64,000 nt of DNA. Source: Candidatus Krumholzibacteriia bacterium (GTDB lineage: Bacteria > Krumholzibacteriota > Krumholzibacteriia > JAJRXK01). The notes under the pieces are model-generated. The model saw nothing but the letters and a program-made list of their open reading frames with translations, was not told the origin of the DNA and did not search any database. Position numbers and translations under genes: made by a program. Shown one piece after another: positions 33,105 to 43,154 of the stretch (within the stretch, counting starts at the first letter, position 1; the number at the start of each line of letters is the position of its first letter). The stretch spans positions 42,045 to 106,044 of the forward strand of contig JBGPIA010000002.1 of the NCBI GenBank assembly GCA_041484665.1, in the 5' to 3' direction.

Positions 33105-34756
33105 GTGCGCAAGACGGCGGCGGCGGGCCTCGGCTCTCCGTGTGCATGATCGCGCGCAACGAGGCCGCCATCCTCGGCCAGGCGCTGGAGTCGGTGCGCT
33201 CGCTGGCCGATGAGATCGTCGTGGTGGACACCGGCAGCGAGGACGATACGGCGCAGCTTGCCCGTTCGCTGGGGGCGGTGGTGGCCCATTTCCCGTGGAC
33301 CAACGACTTCAGCGCCGCGCGCAACGCCTCGCTGCAGGCGGCCACCGGCGATTGGGTGCTGATCCTGGACGCCGACGAGCTGATCCAGGAGCAGGACCAC
33401 GCGCTGATCGCCGCCCTGCTGCGCGGCCCGCGTACGGCGGCCTACATGCTCGAGCAACGCAGCTACACCGATCGCACCGATGTCCTGGATTGGATCCCCA
33501 ACGACGGGCGCCATTCTGGCAGCTGCGCGTACGCGGGCTACGTGAGCATCTGGCAGGTGCGCCTGGTGCCACGCGACCTGCGCGTGCGCTACGCGGGCGC
33601 GGTGCACGAGGAGACGGACGCCAGTCTGCGTGCCGCCGGCTACGCCATCGAGCACCGTCCGATCGTCGTGCACCATTTCGGCAAGGTGCGCGAAGCGGCG
33701 GTGATGGCGCGCAAGCAGGAGCTCTACACCCGCCTGGGCGAGCAGAAGGTCCTGCACAGCCCCCAGAGTCCGCGCGCTCTTTACGAGCTGGCGGTGCAGT
33801 ACGCCGAGGTGGGGCGCCGCGACGAGGCCCAGGCGGCCCTGGAGCGCTTTCTCACGATGGGGGCCGAGCCCTTCTTTCGGGGGCGCGCCGCCGCCATCCT
33901 CGGGCAGCTCTACCTGCAGCGCGGCGAGCCTGCCCGCGCCGTTGACGTGCTGGAGCGCGGCGTGCGCGAGCATCCCGTCCTGGTGAGCCTCTGGCATACG
34001 CTGGCCCACGCGCTGGATCAGTCGGGACAGCGCGCGCGCGCCGTGCTGGTCCTCGAGCAGGCCCTCGCCATCTTCGAGGACCACGTGACGCTGCGCGCCT
34101 ACCTGGGGATGCTCTATCTGGAGTTGCGCCAGTGGGACGTCGCCCACGCCTGCTTCACGGCCGTGCGCGAGCGCTTCCCGGCCAGCCCCGCGGCGCGCGC
34201 GGGGCTCGCGCTGCAGCCGCTGTTGCGGCGCGGGGTCGCGGGTCTGACGCTGGCCCGGCCGTGGCTGCAGGAGACATCCGCTGCGCAGCGCCAGACCATT
34301 GCGCAGATGCTGGTGCGCGCGGGCCAGACGCCGGCGGCCCTCGCCGTGCTGCTCGACGCCTCTGCGGCGGACCGGGCGGCGCTGCTGCCGGAGCTGGAGC
34401 GCGTCGCCGGCTGCGCCGGCGATCCGTGGAGCGCGGCCGCGGCCGCCTGCGCTCGGTCGCTGCACGAAACGCTCACAGGAGCGGAACGGGCGGCGACGGC
34501 GCGCCGGTGGCTTGGCGCTTCGACGTTGGGCAGCGGTCTGGCCCTGCTCCATCCGGCGGGGGAGGTCGAGCCGGGCTTGTTGGGCCTGCGCGCGGCCGCG
34601 CTGGCGCGGCTGGGGTGCCCGGCGCTCGCGCGGGCCGGGCTGTCCGCGCTGCGCGCCCGGCCGGGCTGGGCCGATGCCGCCGACCGGATCCTGGCCACGC
34701 TGCCCAGCGGCGCACCCGCGAGCCCGGGGTCAAGCCGCGGAGCCTCCGGCCGATAA
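33101..34756 (+). CDS. Family-2 glycosyltransferase with a C-terminal TPR-repeat domain
   Basis: GT2 N-terminus LSVCMIARNEAAILGQALESVRSLADEIVVVDTGSEDDTAQLAR...WVLILDADE. Long Ala/Leu TPR-like repeats follow. It has an ATGA overlap with the GNAT gene. Confidence 0.75.
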   Translation: MSAQDGGGGPRLSVCMIARNEAAILGQALESVRSLADEIVVVDTGSEDDTAQLARSLGAVVAHFPWTNDFSAARNASLQAATGDWVLILDADELIQEQDHALIAALLRGPRTAAYMLEQRSYTDRTDVLDWIPNDGRHSGSCAYAGYVSIWQVRLVPRDLRVRYAGAVHEETDASLRAAGYAIEHRPIVVHHFGKVREAAVMARKQELYTRLGEQKVLHSPQSPRALYELAVQYAEVGRRDEAQAALERFLTMGAEPFFRGRAAAILGQLYLQRGEPARAVDVLERGVREHPVLVSLWHTLAHALDQSGQRARAVLVLEQALAIFEDHVTLRAYLGMLYLELRQWDVAHACFTAVRERFPASPAARAGLALQPLLRRGVAGLTLARPWLQETSAAQRQTIAQMLVRAGQTPAALAVLLDASAADRAALLPELERVAGCAGDPWSAAAAACARSLHETLTGAERAATARRWLGASTLGSGLALLHPAGEVEPGLLGLRAAALARLGCPALARAGLSALRARPGWADAADRILATLPSGAPASPGSSRGASGR

Positions 34757-34828
34757 CCACCACGCTGGGACGGGGCAGCCGCGCGGACACGCCGCGCGCT
34801 GATTCCCTCGCCCGGCCGAGGTGGGACG

Positions 34829-35155
34829 GTGAACTCGAAGGTGGCTCTGCTCCAGCAGGTGCTGGCCGTCGCGCGGCGCCAAGTCATGGCGTTTGCCGAG
34901 ATGGACCTGGATTTGCTAGAGCGGCTTGCGCAGGAGCGAGCCGATCTGTCGCGGCGCCTGGATTGCCTGGCCGAGCTGCCGGCGGCGTCGGCCGAGGGCG
35001 CCGACGTGCCCACCGCGCGCCTGCTCCACGAGATCCACGACGTCGACCTGCAGCTCAAGGACGGGATCGACGCCCGGATCCGCGACTGCACGCGACGGCT
35101 GCAGCAGCTCACCTGGCGGGTGCAGGATCTCGCCGCGCCGGCGCTGGCGCGCTAG
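34829..35155 (+). CDS. Small helical protein upstream of flgM (possible FlgN/FliT-like flagellar chaperone)
   Basis: 108 aa with coiled-coil composition and position next to flgM. No diagnostic motif. Confidence 0.35.
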   Translation: MNSKVALLQQVLAVARRQVMAFAEMDLDLLERLAQERADLSRRLDCLAELPAASAEGADVPTARLLHEIHDVDLQLKDGIDARIRDCTRRLQQLTWRVQDLAAPALAR

Positions 35156-35198
35156 ACTGGGCTGCGGCATGCGGACGCAATCTGGCATGGAGGAGAGC

Positions 35199-35636
35199 AT
35201 GGCCACCCAACCGATTCCTGGCCAGGGCCCGGTGCAACCCAGCCAGATGCGGACCTCCGCGCAGAAGGGGGACGCGGCGGCGACGCCCGCGGTTCCCGTG
35301 GATGCCCCGGCCAGGTCGCCCGAGGCAGCGCCGGGCAAAGCCGCGCCGCCGAGCACCGACCGCGTCGAGATCTCCCCCGAGGCGCGCCGCCTGCTGGAGA
35401 TCAACGATGTGCTGCGTTCCGGCCGTGGCGCTCAGGACGAGCAGCCCGAGGTCCGCGAAGAGCGCTTGCGCCAGGTGCGCCAGCGTCTGGACGCCGGCGT
35501 GTACCAGACGGGCGGCGTCCGCGAGGAGCTCGCCCACCGCCTGACTCCGGTGCTGCGCGGCATGGACGCCCTGCTGGCCGCCCACGACGAGTCACCCGAC
35601 GAGGACAGCGCGTCCGCTGATCCGCCGAAGGGCTGA
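35199..35636 (+). CDS. flgM: Anti-sigma-28 factor FlgM
   Basis: ...VEISPEARRLLEIND...EERLRQVRQRLDAGVYQTGGVREELAHRL is the characteristic FlgM C-terminal region. GGAGGAG lies 5 nt before ATG 35199. Alternative in-frame ATG at 35187. Confidence 0.75.
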   Translation: MATQPIPGQGPVQPSQMRTSAQKGDAAATPAVPVDAPARSPEAAPGKAAPPSTDRVEISPEARRLLEINDVLRSGRGAQDEQPEVREERLRQVRQRLDAGVYQTGGVREELAHRLTPVLRGMDALLAAHDESPDEDSASADPPKG

Positions 35637-35716
35637 CACCGGCGGGGGCTCCGCCCGCCGCCGCAATCCCGCAAAAGCGCTGGACCCGCTGCCGGCCGCA
35701 TGGTAAGAAACGCGCC

Positions 35717-37855
35717 ATGCCGGTTCGTCACGGCGCCAGCAGGCCGCCCTCCGGCGAGCCGGCGCCTTCCCCTCAGACCGTCCTGCTCATCTCCGGGGAT
35801 CCGGCTCTTGCCGCTCTGCTCTCCACATGCGGAGTGACCGTCGAGCGCGATGTGCACACGGCGCCGGCCGTCGTGCTGCTGGATCTCGACGGCAGCGCCG
35901 AGCCCGCGGGAGCGCGGGTGGCGCACACGCGGGCGGCGCATCCAGACGCGCTCGTGCTGGCCGTCGGTGAAGGCAACCCCGGGCGCGCCGTGGCCGAAGC
36001 GCTGCGCGCCGGTGCCAGCGACTGGATCTTCCGCCCGCTGGACCGCTGCGAGCTCGCGCGGGCGCTGGACGCCGCGCTGCTCCGCCAAAACCTGGGACGC
36101 CAGGGGCGCAACGTCCTGGAATTCCTCCAGGAGCAGGGCCGCCGCGTCGAGGAGGAGCGCCGCCGCTTGACGCGTCGAATCGCGGCCATGGGCGAGGAGC
36201 TGGAGGCGGCGCATGCGGAGCTGGCGGGGGCGCACCGCGCCCTGCGCGCGCGCGTCGCGCAGCTAGCCATGCTCTACCGGATCGGACGCGACCTGAGTCA
36301 CGATCACAACTGGGACGCGGCGCTGGCGCGGCTTCTGGCGAGCCTGCGCGAGTTCCTGGTGGCGCGCGGTGCCGGCCTGTTGCTGGCCAGCTCGGGCGGC
36401 CGGCGGCTCGCCTTGCGCAGCGCCGACGCCCTCGATGGCACAGTGGTCGAGCGCGCCACCCGGCTCCTGCTGCGCAGCGGCCTGCAGCGCCACCGTGAGC
36501 CGTACCTGTATCCGCTCGAGCAGCTCGAGCGGGAGACGCCGCTGCCGTGCGTCGACCACGCGGGACCGTGGGACGTCACGGTGCTGCCGCTGCAGCGCGG
36601 CGAGGAGGTGCTGGGCTTCCTGCTGCTGGACAAGCCGTATGCCGGCAGCGCCGCCATCGCCGAGGATCTGCATTTCCTGATCACGATCCAGACGATTCTG
36701 ACCGAGGAGGTGGCCGGCGCGCAGGCTTTCTTCGAGCTGCAGCGCCTGCAGGGATTTCAGGAGCGGACGCTGGACCAGGTCGAGAGCGGAATCATCACGC
36801 TGACGGGCGACGGCGGGATGGTCTACGCCAACCGCAAGGCGCGGGATCTGCTCGCCGGATTGCCCGAGCCCGAGGGCGTGGCGCACGCGCTGCGGGTCGG
36901 GACGGACGGCGTACCGCTGCTCACCTGGCTGCTGGCGCAGGCGGACGAAGGGAGCGCCCAAGGCGAGGGCTGGCTGGCCGGCGCGGCCGCGCAGGGGCCG
37001 ATCCCGCTCGCGCTGCGCGCGTCGCGCTGGCGCGGGGAGGCGCCAGGGCAGACCTATCACGTGGTCATCCTCGAGGATCAGCGGGCCACGCGGCGACTGG
37101 AGGCGGAGCGCAGGCGCGCCGCTCGGCAGCAGGAGCTGCTGGTGATGGCCGCCGAGTGGGCGCACGACGTGCGCACGCCGCTGACGGGGATCCTCCACAG
37201 CGCGGAGCTGCTGGCCGAGGCGAGCGGCGCCACGGGCGGGCGCGACCGTCACCTGCAGGTGATCCGTGGCGAGGTGGACCGTCTCAACGGCCTCGTCTCC
37301 AATTTCCTGGACTTCGCGCGACCGGTGCGTCTGGAGCGCCGGCCAGCGGATCTGGCGGACGTCGCGGCCGGCGCGGTGGAGCTGATGCAGGCCAAGGCCT
37401 CCCAGCGCGCGGTGACGCTCGCGTTGGCGCCGCCCGCAGGCGGCGGACTGATGGCCGAGGTGGACGTCGACCAGATCAAGCAGGTGCTTCTCAACCTCAT
37501 CGACAACGCGCTCGACGCTTCGCCGCCGGGGCGCGCCGTGGTGGTCGAGGTGCGCCGCGATCCGCCATCGCCGACGCCGCTGGAGGCCGTGGTGAGCGGC
37601 CCGGGGATCGCGCTGGTGGTGGTCGACGAGGGATCCGGGGTCAGCGCCGAGCACATCGAGCGCCTGTTCGTGCCGTTCTTCACCACCAAGACGAAGGGCA
37701 ACGGGCTGGGGCTGGCCATCTCCGAGAAGATCGTGCGCGGGCACGGCGGCCACCTGCGCTACGAACGTCGTGAAGGCCGCACCTACCTCTGGGCGCTGTT
37801 GCCGGCGGCTGTGCCGGCGGGTGCCGCGACCGAGACCCTGCAAGCAAGAGGCTGA
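35717..37855 (+). CDS. Cytoplasmic sensor histidine kinase (pseudo-receiver - GAF/PAS - HisKA - HATPase_c), NtrB/FleS-like
   Basis: H-box AAEWAHDVRTPLTGI. N/G boxes LLNLIDNALDAS...GLGLAISEKIVRGHGGHL. No TM segments. Confidence 0.8.
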   Translation: MPVRHGASRPPSGEPAPSPQTVLLISGDPALAALLSTCGVTVERDVHTAPAVVLLDLDGSAEPAGARVAHTRAAHPDALVLAVGEGNPGRAVAEALRAGASDWIFRPLDRCELARALDAALLRQNLGRQGRNVLEFLQEQGRRVEEERRRLTRRIAAMGEELEAAHAELAGAHRALRARVAQLAMLYRIGRDLSHDHNWDAALARLLASLREFLVARGAGLLLASSGGRRLALRSADALDGTVVERATRLLLRSGLQRHREPYLYPLEQLERETPLPCVDHAGPWDVTVLPLQRGEEVLGFLLLDKPYAGSAAIAEDLHFLITIQTILTEEVAGAQAFFELQRLQGFQERTLDQVESGIITLTGDGGMVYANRKARDLLAGLPEPEGVAHALRVGTDGVPLLTWLLAQADEGSAQGEGWLAGAAAQGPIPLALRASRWRGEAPGQTYHVVILEDQRATRRLEAERRRAARQQELLVMAAEWAHDVRTPLTGILHSAELLAEASGATGGRDRHLQVIRGEVDRLNGLVSNFLDFARPVRLERRPADLADVAAGAVELMQAKASQRAVTLALAPPAGGGLMAEVDVDQIKQVLLNLIDNALDASPPGRAVVVEVRRDPPSPTPLEAVVSGPGIALVVVDEGSGVSAEHIERLFVPFFTTKTKGNGLGLAISEKIVRGHGGHLRYERREGRTYLWALLPAAVPAGAATETLQARG

Positions 37856-37860
37856 ATGTC

Positions 37861-39264
37861 ATGTCCGAGAAATACACGATCCTCATCTGCGACGACGAGG
37901 CGACCATCCGCACCTCGCTGCGCGAAGCGCTCGAGGGGCAGGGCTACCAGGTGCTCGAAACGGGCGATGGCGCTGGGGCACTGGCGAGCTTGCGGGAGGC
38001 CCGGCCGGATCTGATGCTGCTGGATCTGAAGCTGCCCGACACCACGGGCGTCGAGCTGCTGCGCACATTGCGCGGCGACGGCTACGCGTCCCCCGTGATC
38101 CTGATGACCGCCTATGGGGACATGCCCACGGCCGTGGAGGCCATGCGGCTGGGCGCGTACGACTTCGTCCAGAAGCCCTACAGCTTGGCGGACATGAAGC
38201 TGAAGGTGAAGGCTGCCCTCAAAGTCCATGAGCGGCAGGAAGTTGCCCGTTCGAAAGCAGGCAGGGCCACAGCGCGCGAAGGACGCTATCTTTCGCTGCT
38301 GCGCCTCTCACCGGGCCTCGCCGAGGTCGTTGAGCGGATCGACAAGGTGGGGCGCAGCCGAGCGGGCAACGAGGTGTCGGTGCTCATCCAGGGTGAGAGC
38401 GGCTCGGGCAAGGAGCTCGTGGCGCGCGCCATCCACGAGGTGAGCCTGCCCGGCGAGCCCTTCATGGAGATCAACTGCGCCGCCGTCCCCGAGGCGCTGC
38501 TGGAAAGCGAGTTGTTCGGCCATGAGAAGGGCGCCTTCACCGACGCGCGCGCGGCCAAGGAGGGATTGTTCGAGCTGGCGGGCCAGGGGACGATCTTCCT
38601 CGACGAGATCGGTGAAATGGGGGTGACCCTGCAGAGCCGCCTGCTGCGCGTGATCGAGAACCGGCGCTTCCGCCGCGTGGGCGGCAAACAGGACCACGAG
38701 GTGCGGGCCCGCATCGTCGCGGCCACCAACCGCGAGCTCCAGCGCGCCATCGAGGATGGCATCTTCCGCAACGACCTCTACTACCGTCTGCAGGTGATCG
38801 AGATCCACATCCCGCCCCTACGCGAGCGGGCGGCCGACATCCCGGCGCTCACGAATATCTTCATCGCGGCCTTCAACGAGGAGCTGGGCCTCGCGTGCAA
38901 GCCGGCCAGCGCTGCGCTGTGCGAGATCCTCCAGACCTATCCGTGGCCGGGCAACGTCCGCGAGCTGCGCAACATGATCCGGCGGATCATGATCCTGGAG
39001 GAGCCCCCTGAGATCCTGCCCGTCCACCTGCCGCGCCACGTCCAGATCGGCGAGAACCCGCGGTCGCGAGCCGGCGGTGGCCTCGAGCGCATCGGTCGCG
39101 AGCTGCTGCCGCTGGCCGAGGTGGAACGCATCCACCTCGTGCACACGCTCGCCTCGGTGGACAACAACAAGAGCAAGGCGGCGCGCATCCTGGGCATCAG
39201 CCGCCAGACGCTCCGCGAGAAGCTGAAGGCCTACCAGGCAAGCGCCGGGGCGGACGAGGACTGA
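37861..39264 (+). CDS. Sigma-54-dependent response regulator (REC - AAA+ sigma-54 activator - Fis HTH), NtrC/FleR/FlgR-like
   Basis: REC: ILICDDE...LMLLDLKLPDTTG. Walker A: GESGSGKELVARAIH. GAFTDA (GAFTGA-like). ESELFGHEKGAFT. C-terminal HTH: AARILGISRQTLREKLK. Confidence 0.88.
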   Translation: MSEKYTILICDDEATIRTSLREALEGQGYQVLETGDGAGALASLREARPDLMLLDLKLPDTTGVELLRTLRGDGYASPVILMTAYGDMPTAVEAMRLGAYDFVQKPYSLADMKLKVKAALKVHERQEVARSKAGRATAREGRYLSLLRLSPGLAEVVERIDKVGRSRAGNEVSVLIQGESGSGKELVARAIHEVSLPGEPFMEINCAAVPEALLESELFGHEKGAFTDARAAKEGLFELAGQGTIFLDEIGEMGVTLQSRLLRVIENRRFRRVGGKQDHEVRARIVAATNRELQRAIEDGIFRNDLYYRLQVIEIHIPPLRERAADIPALTNIFIAAFNEELGLACKPASAALCEILQTYPWPGNVRELRNMIRRIMILEEPPEILPVHLPRHVQIGENPRSRAGGGLERIGRELLPLAEVERIHLVHTLASVDNNKSKAARILGISRQTLREKLKAYQASAGADED

Positions 39265-39470
39265 CCTCGCGTCTGCCAATTTTCCAGCCAAGCGCGTCGC
39301 GGGCGCGCCCCCACGGGCTCGCCGGCGATGCCCGCCCGTACCCGCGGCAAGCACCTGTCACCCCGCGGGCCTCGCTGCGGTTGCGGTCGCCCGCCCGCCC
39401 GAGGGTCTAGCGGCGAATCGGCGCTGCGCGTGCGGCTTCGCGCCCGTGCAGAGGTCGCCGGCTCGGCGGC

Positions 39471-39494
39471 GCGCAGCGCCCACGGCCGCTGCGC
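39471..39494 (+). promoter_or_regulatory. Inverted repeat GCGCAGCG-N8-CGCTGCGC ~65 nt upstream of the sigma-54 element (candidate enhancer-binding-protein site)
   Basis: Seen directly. Its function is inferred from position only. Confidence 0.25.
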
Positions 39495-39544
39495 CGGCGC
39501 CGGCGCAGCCGCCGCCGTGCCGCCCGCCTCCGGAAGAACTTGCA

Positions 39545-39560
39545 TGGCATTGCTCTTGCG
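39545..39560 (+). promoter_or_regulatory. Sigma-54 -24/-12 promoter: TGGCAT-N5-TTGCG
   Basis: TGGCATTGCTCTTGCG at 39545-39560. It lies immediately upstream of the secreted-protein / histidine kinase / NtrC-type regulator / flgB operon. The ATG at 39579 would leave only a ~8-nt leader, so the true start may lie downstream. Confidence 0.55.
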
Positions 39561-39578
39561 CCAGCCGGCGTGTCCGCC

Positions 39579-40619
39579 ATGCGTACGACCCTTGGCATCG
39601 CCGTCTTCTGCGCGCTCCTGTGCGCGCATCCGTGTGCCGCGGCGCAGCCGCTCACCGTCGAGGAGTTCCATGCCTTCCAGGACGGCCTGCAGCGCTTGGG
39701 CACCCACGCGCTGCCCGGTGCCGCCCTCCTGGACAGCACGGTCGTCGTGCCCCCGCCGCTGGCGGCGCCGGCGGGTGCCCCGCTGCAGAGCATGGCACGG
39801 TCGCTGCGCGCGATCTCGGCGAACGTCGACTCCGCGCGGGTGGTGACCGACCACAACTGGCTGGGCGCCATCGCGCTGGCCCGCAGCCTGCGCGACCTGG
39901 GCTTCCGCCAGCGCTCCCTGCAGTGGTACGAGCGCGCGCTGGACTCCGATCCCGACGGGACGTTCACCAGCGAGGCCGTCGAGGAGATGGCTGCCGTCGT
40001 GATCGCGAGTGCCGACAGCGCGGTGCTGGTGCAGCGCATCCGTGAGTTCGCTGGGCGGCGCGACGCGGCTCTGCACGGCGATGCATTGGCGACGCTGCTG
40101 GAAGCGCTGCTGACCTGGCGGGTGGGCGACGCGACGCTTGCTCTGTGCAGTCGCCTGGAGACGGTGGCCGCGCCGGCTCCAAGCCTGCGTCTAGCCATCG
40201 CCCGCGCGCGCGAGCTGGGTGGTGACCCGGCCACAGCGCTCTCGGGTTACCGGGCGCTGCTGGGCGAGAGCGCGTTGGACACCCGCTCGTTGTGCCGCGT
40301 CCGCTGCGGGGTGGCCGACTGCGCCTTCGCGCTGCGCGATCTCGGCGAGGCACAGCGCCTCTACGGCGAGATCCAGCGTACCAACGCGGGCGACCTCAGC
40401 GCCTGGGCCACCTACCAGCTCGGGTCCATTGCCGGCCTGCAGGGACGCTACGGCGAGGCCCTCGTCCATTTCCGCAGCCTGTGCGAGCGCGGGCGTCCGA
40501 CGCGCTGGCAGCAGGAAGCCTGTTGGCAGCGCGCGCGCGCCGAGGAGCTCCTGGCCATCCGCGCGGGGGACCGGGCGCCGGCCGCTGCCGCCGCGCATTC
40601 CCCGGGAGGCGGCTCGTGA
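39579..40619 (+). CDS. Secreted hypothetical protein with TPR-like helical repeats; first gene of the sigma-54-driven flagellar operon
   Basis: Signal peptide MRTTLGIAVFCALLCAHPCAAAQP. Helical repeats. No recognisable flagellar family. Confidence 0.55.
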   Translation: MRTTLGIAVFCALLCAHPCAAAQPLTVEEFHAFQDGLQRLGTHALPGAALLDSTVVVPPPLAAPAGAPLQSMARSLRAISANVDSARVVTDHNWLGAIALARSLRDLGFRQRSLQWYERALDSDPDGTFTSEAVEEMAAVVIASADSAVLVQRIREFAGRRDAALHGDALATLLEALLTWRVGDATLALCSRLETVAAPAPSLRLAIARARELGGDPATALSGYRALLGESALDTRSLCRVRCGVADCAFALRDLGEAQRLYGEIQRTNAGDLSAWATYQLGSIAGLQGRYGEALVHFRSLCERGRPTRWQQEACWQRARAEELLAIRAGDRAPAAAAAHSPGGGS

Positions 40620-41005
40620 GCGCCGCCTTGACACGGCTGCTGTCCGCCTACCGCGAGCAGGCGCACGCCTACGAAGCGGTGCTGGAGCTTGCGCAGGAGG
40701 GCGTGGCGGCAGTGCGCGCCGGCGCGCCGCTTTTGCTGCTGCACGAGCTCAATGTGCGCAAGCGGGGCTGCCTCGAGCACATCGAGCAGATCGAGGCGGG
40801 GATCGCCGCCGACAAGCAGGCCTGGCGCGCCGGAGCGCGCGCTGGACGGGAGGCCCTGGAGCTGGAGCGCCTGCTGGCGGAGCTGACCGATCTGATCGAG
40901 CAAATCCTCGCCTGCGAGCGCGAGACGGATCGTTGGGTCGTGCAGGGGGCCGGCGAGCTTCCAGCGGACGTGGCGAGTCTGGCCGCGGCCGCGGAGCCGG
41001 CGTGA
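40616..41005 (+). CDS. Small helical hypothetical protein (possibly FlgN/FliT-like), GTG start
   Basis: 129 aa: LSAYREQAHAYEAVLELAQEGVAAVRAG...LEHIEQIEAGIAADKQAWR. GTG overlaps the previous stop. Confidence 0.45.
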   Translation: MSAALTRLLSAYREQAHAYEAVLELAQEGVAAVRAGAPLLLLHELNVRKRGCLEHIEQIEAGIAADKQAWRAGARAGREALELERLLAELTDLIEQILACERETDRWVVQGAGELPADVASLAAAAEPA

Positions 41006-41019
41006 CGGCAGGAGGCGCG

Positions 41020-41784
41020 ATGGCACAAGGACTCCTGCTTCCCCTGCCGTCCGGTGCGCCGCCGGCGCCTTCGCCGGAGCTCGCCCTGGTGCTCAGCGGC
41101 GCGTTGCACAGCAGTCGCAACCTCGTCATGGCGATGCGCGGCTACGCCGAGCTGATCCGCAAGCGCGACGACGCGGTGGACCGCCATGCCGAATGGGCGG
41201 ACAAGATCATCCATCAGCTCGATCGGCTCAACGAGCTCTATACGCGCGTGTCGGCGCTGTCGGCGCCGCCCTCGGCCTGGCGTCCGGTGGCGGTGGAGCT
41301 GCTGCTGCGCGGCGCCGAGACGCAGGCGCGCCAGCGCTTCGCCGGCGGTCGGAGCGACGTGGGAATGCGGCTGCGCGTGGCTGGCGCGGCGTGCCTCCAC
41401 GGCGACGCGCAGGAGCTCACGCGCTCGCTCTCGGCGGTGCTGGAGAACGCGCTGGAAGCCTCGCCCGCGGGCGCGGCCATCGCCGTGGAGGCGGTGGCCG
41501 ACGCGGCCGGCCGCCTGCATCTAGCCGTCGAGGACCAGGGCAGCGGGCTCACGCCAACGCAGCTGGAGCGCGCCGGCCAGCCCTTCTACACGACCAAGCC
41601 CGACCGGCTGGGGCTGGGGCTGTTCCTGGCCCGCTCGATCCTGGGCCGCTACGGGCTTGGTTTGACCATCGAGAACCGCGCCGTGGGCGGCGCGCGCGTG
41701 GTCATCACCGCGGTCGCCCTTGCGACCACACCGGCCACGTTCGCGAGCGCCGGGACCTCGGATCTTCAGGGAGGAACCCAATGA
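41020..41784 (+). CDS. Soluble histidine kinase (HisKA-like + HATPase_c)
   Basis: GGCAGGAGG RBS. ...AVLENALEASPAGAAIAVEAV...DQGSGLTPTQLERAGQPFYTTKPDRLGLGLFLARSILGRYG (N/G boxes). Confidence 0.7.
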   Translation: MAQGLLLPLPSGAPPAPSPELALVLSGALHSSRNLVMAMRGYAELIRKRDDAVDRHAEWADKIIHQLDRLNELYTRVSALSAPPSAWRPVAVELLLRGAETQARQRFAGGRSDVGMRLRVAGAACLHGDAQELTRSLSAVLENALEASPAGAAIAVEAVADAAGRLHLAVEDQGSGLTPTQLERAGQPFYTTKPDRLGLGLFLARSILGRYGLGLTIENRAVGGARVVITAVALATTPATFASAGTSDLQGGTQ

Positions 41785-43154
41785 GAGAACGCCGCCGCAT
41801 CCTGGTCATCGAGGACGAGAAGGCGACGCAGGACTTGTTGCGCAGCGAGCTCGAGACGCGCTACGCCGTGGCGTGCGCCGGCAATGGGGAGGAGGGACTC
41901 GAGCTCCTGCAGCGAGACGGGGCCGACATCGTCTTGCTGGACCTCAGCCTGCCGGGGATGCACGGGTTGCAGGTGCTGCAGGAGATAGCGCGGCGGATGC
42001 CCCAGCCACCTGCCGTGGTGGTGATCACCGCCGACGAGCAGCTCTCCTCGGCCGTGGAGGCGGTGCGCGCCGGCGCCTACGATTACCTCACCAAGCCATT
42101 CCCCCTCGACCGGCTGTGCACGGCCATCGAGCGGGCCGACGAGCGCCTCCGCCTGCTGCGCGAAAACGTCTCGCTGCGGCAGACGCTCTCCGCCGCTCGG
42201 CAGTTCCGCGGACTGCTCGGCAACAGCCAACCCATGCAGAGCCTCAAACGCGATGTCGAGAAGATCGCGGACTCGCGCGGGACCGTGCTGCTCACCGGTG
42301 AGTCCGGAACGGGCAAGGAGCTGGTAGCGCGCGCCGTCCACGAGCTCTCCATGCGCCGCAACGGTCCGTACATCCGGATCAACTGCTCGGCGGTGCCCGA
42401 AGGGCTGCTGGAGAGCGAGCTGTTCGGGCACGAGAAGGGATCGTTCACCAGCGCCATCGCCCGCCGCGAGGGCATGTTCGAGCTGGCCGACAGCGGCACG
42501 CTGCTGCTGGACGAGATCAGCGAGATCAACACCGGGATGCAGTCGCGGCTGTTGCGCGTGCTGCAGGAGCGGGAGTTCATGCGCGTGGGCGGCAAGGTCC
42601 CCATCAAGGTGGACGTGCGCGTAATTGCCACCACCAACAAGGAGCTCAAGGCCCTGGTGCGCGAGGGGAAGTTCAAGGACGACCTGTATTACCGCCTCAA
42701 CGTCATCCCGTTGCACATCTGTCCGCTGCGCGAGCGGGTGGAGGACATCCCGGTCCTGGCACGCTTCTTCATCGAGCGCGCCTGCGCGGAGAACGGGCGG
42801 TCGCTCATGGCGCTCACGCCGGCGGCGATGAAGACGCTCTGCGCCCACTCGTGGCCGGGCAACGTGCGCGAGCTGGAGAACAGCCTGGAGCGCACGGTGA
42901 TCCTCAACGACCGCGACGCGATCGACGTGAGCGATCTGCACCTGGACACCGACGCGCTCTTCCCACCGCCGTCGACGCGCCTGGACAAGGACGACCTGAC
43001 GCTGCGCGAGCTGGAGAAGGAGCTGATCCTGCGTCGGCTGTCCATCACCGGTGGAAACCGCACCCGGGCCGCGCAGCTCCTGGGGATCAGCGTGCGCACT
43101 CTGCGCAACAAGATCAATCTGTACCGCGGTGAGGGGATCCGCATCCCCGGCTGA
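41781..43154 (+). CDS. Second sigma-54-dependent response regulator (REC - AAA+ - HTH), immediately upstream of flgB
   Basis: ILVIEDE...IVLLDLSLPGMHG; GESGTGKELVARAVH; ESELFGHEKGSFTSA; ...AAQLLGISVRTLRNKI. AGGGAGG RBS. Confidence 0.88.
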   Translation: MRERRRILVIEDEKATQDLLRSELETRYAVACAGNGEEGLELLQRDGADIVLLDLSLPGMHGLQVLQEIARRMPQPPAVVVITADEQLSSAVEAVRAGAYDYLTKPFPLDRLCTAIERADERLRLLRENVSLRQTLSAARQFRGLLGNSQPMQSLKRDVEKIADSRGTVLLTGESGTGKELVARAVHELSMRRNGPYIRINCSAVPEGLLESELFGHEKGSFTSAIARREGMFELADSGTLLLDEISEINTGMQSRLLRVLQEREFMRVGGKVPIKVDVRVIATTNKELKALVREGKFKDDLYYRLNVIPLHICPLRERVEDIPVLARFFIERACAENGRSLMALTPAAMKTLCAHSWPGNVRELENSLERTVILNDRDAIDVSDLHLDTDALFPPPSTRLDKDDLTLRELEKELILRRLSITGGNRTRAAQLLGISVRTLRNKINLYRGEGIRIPG

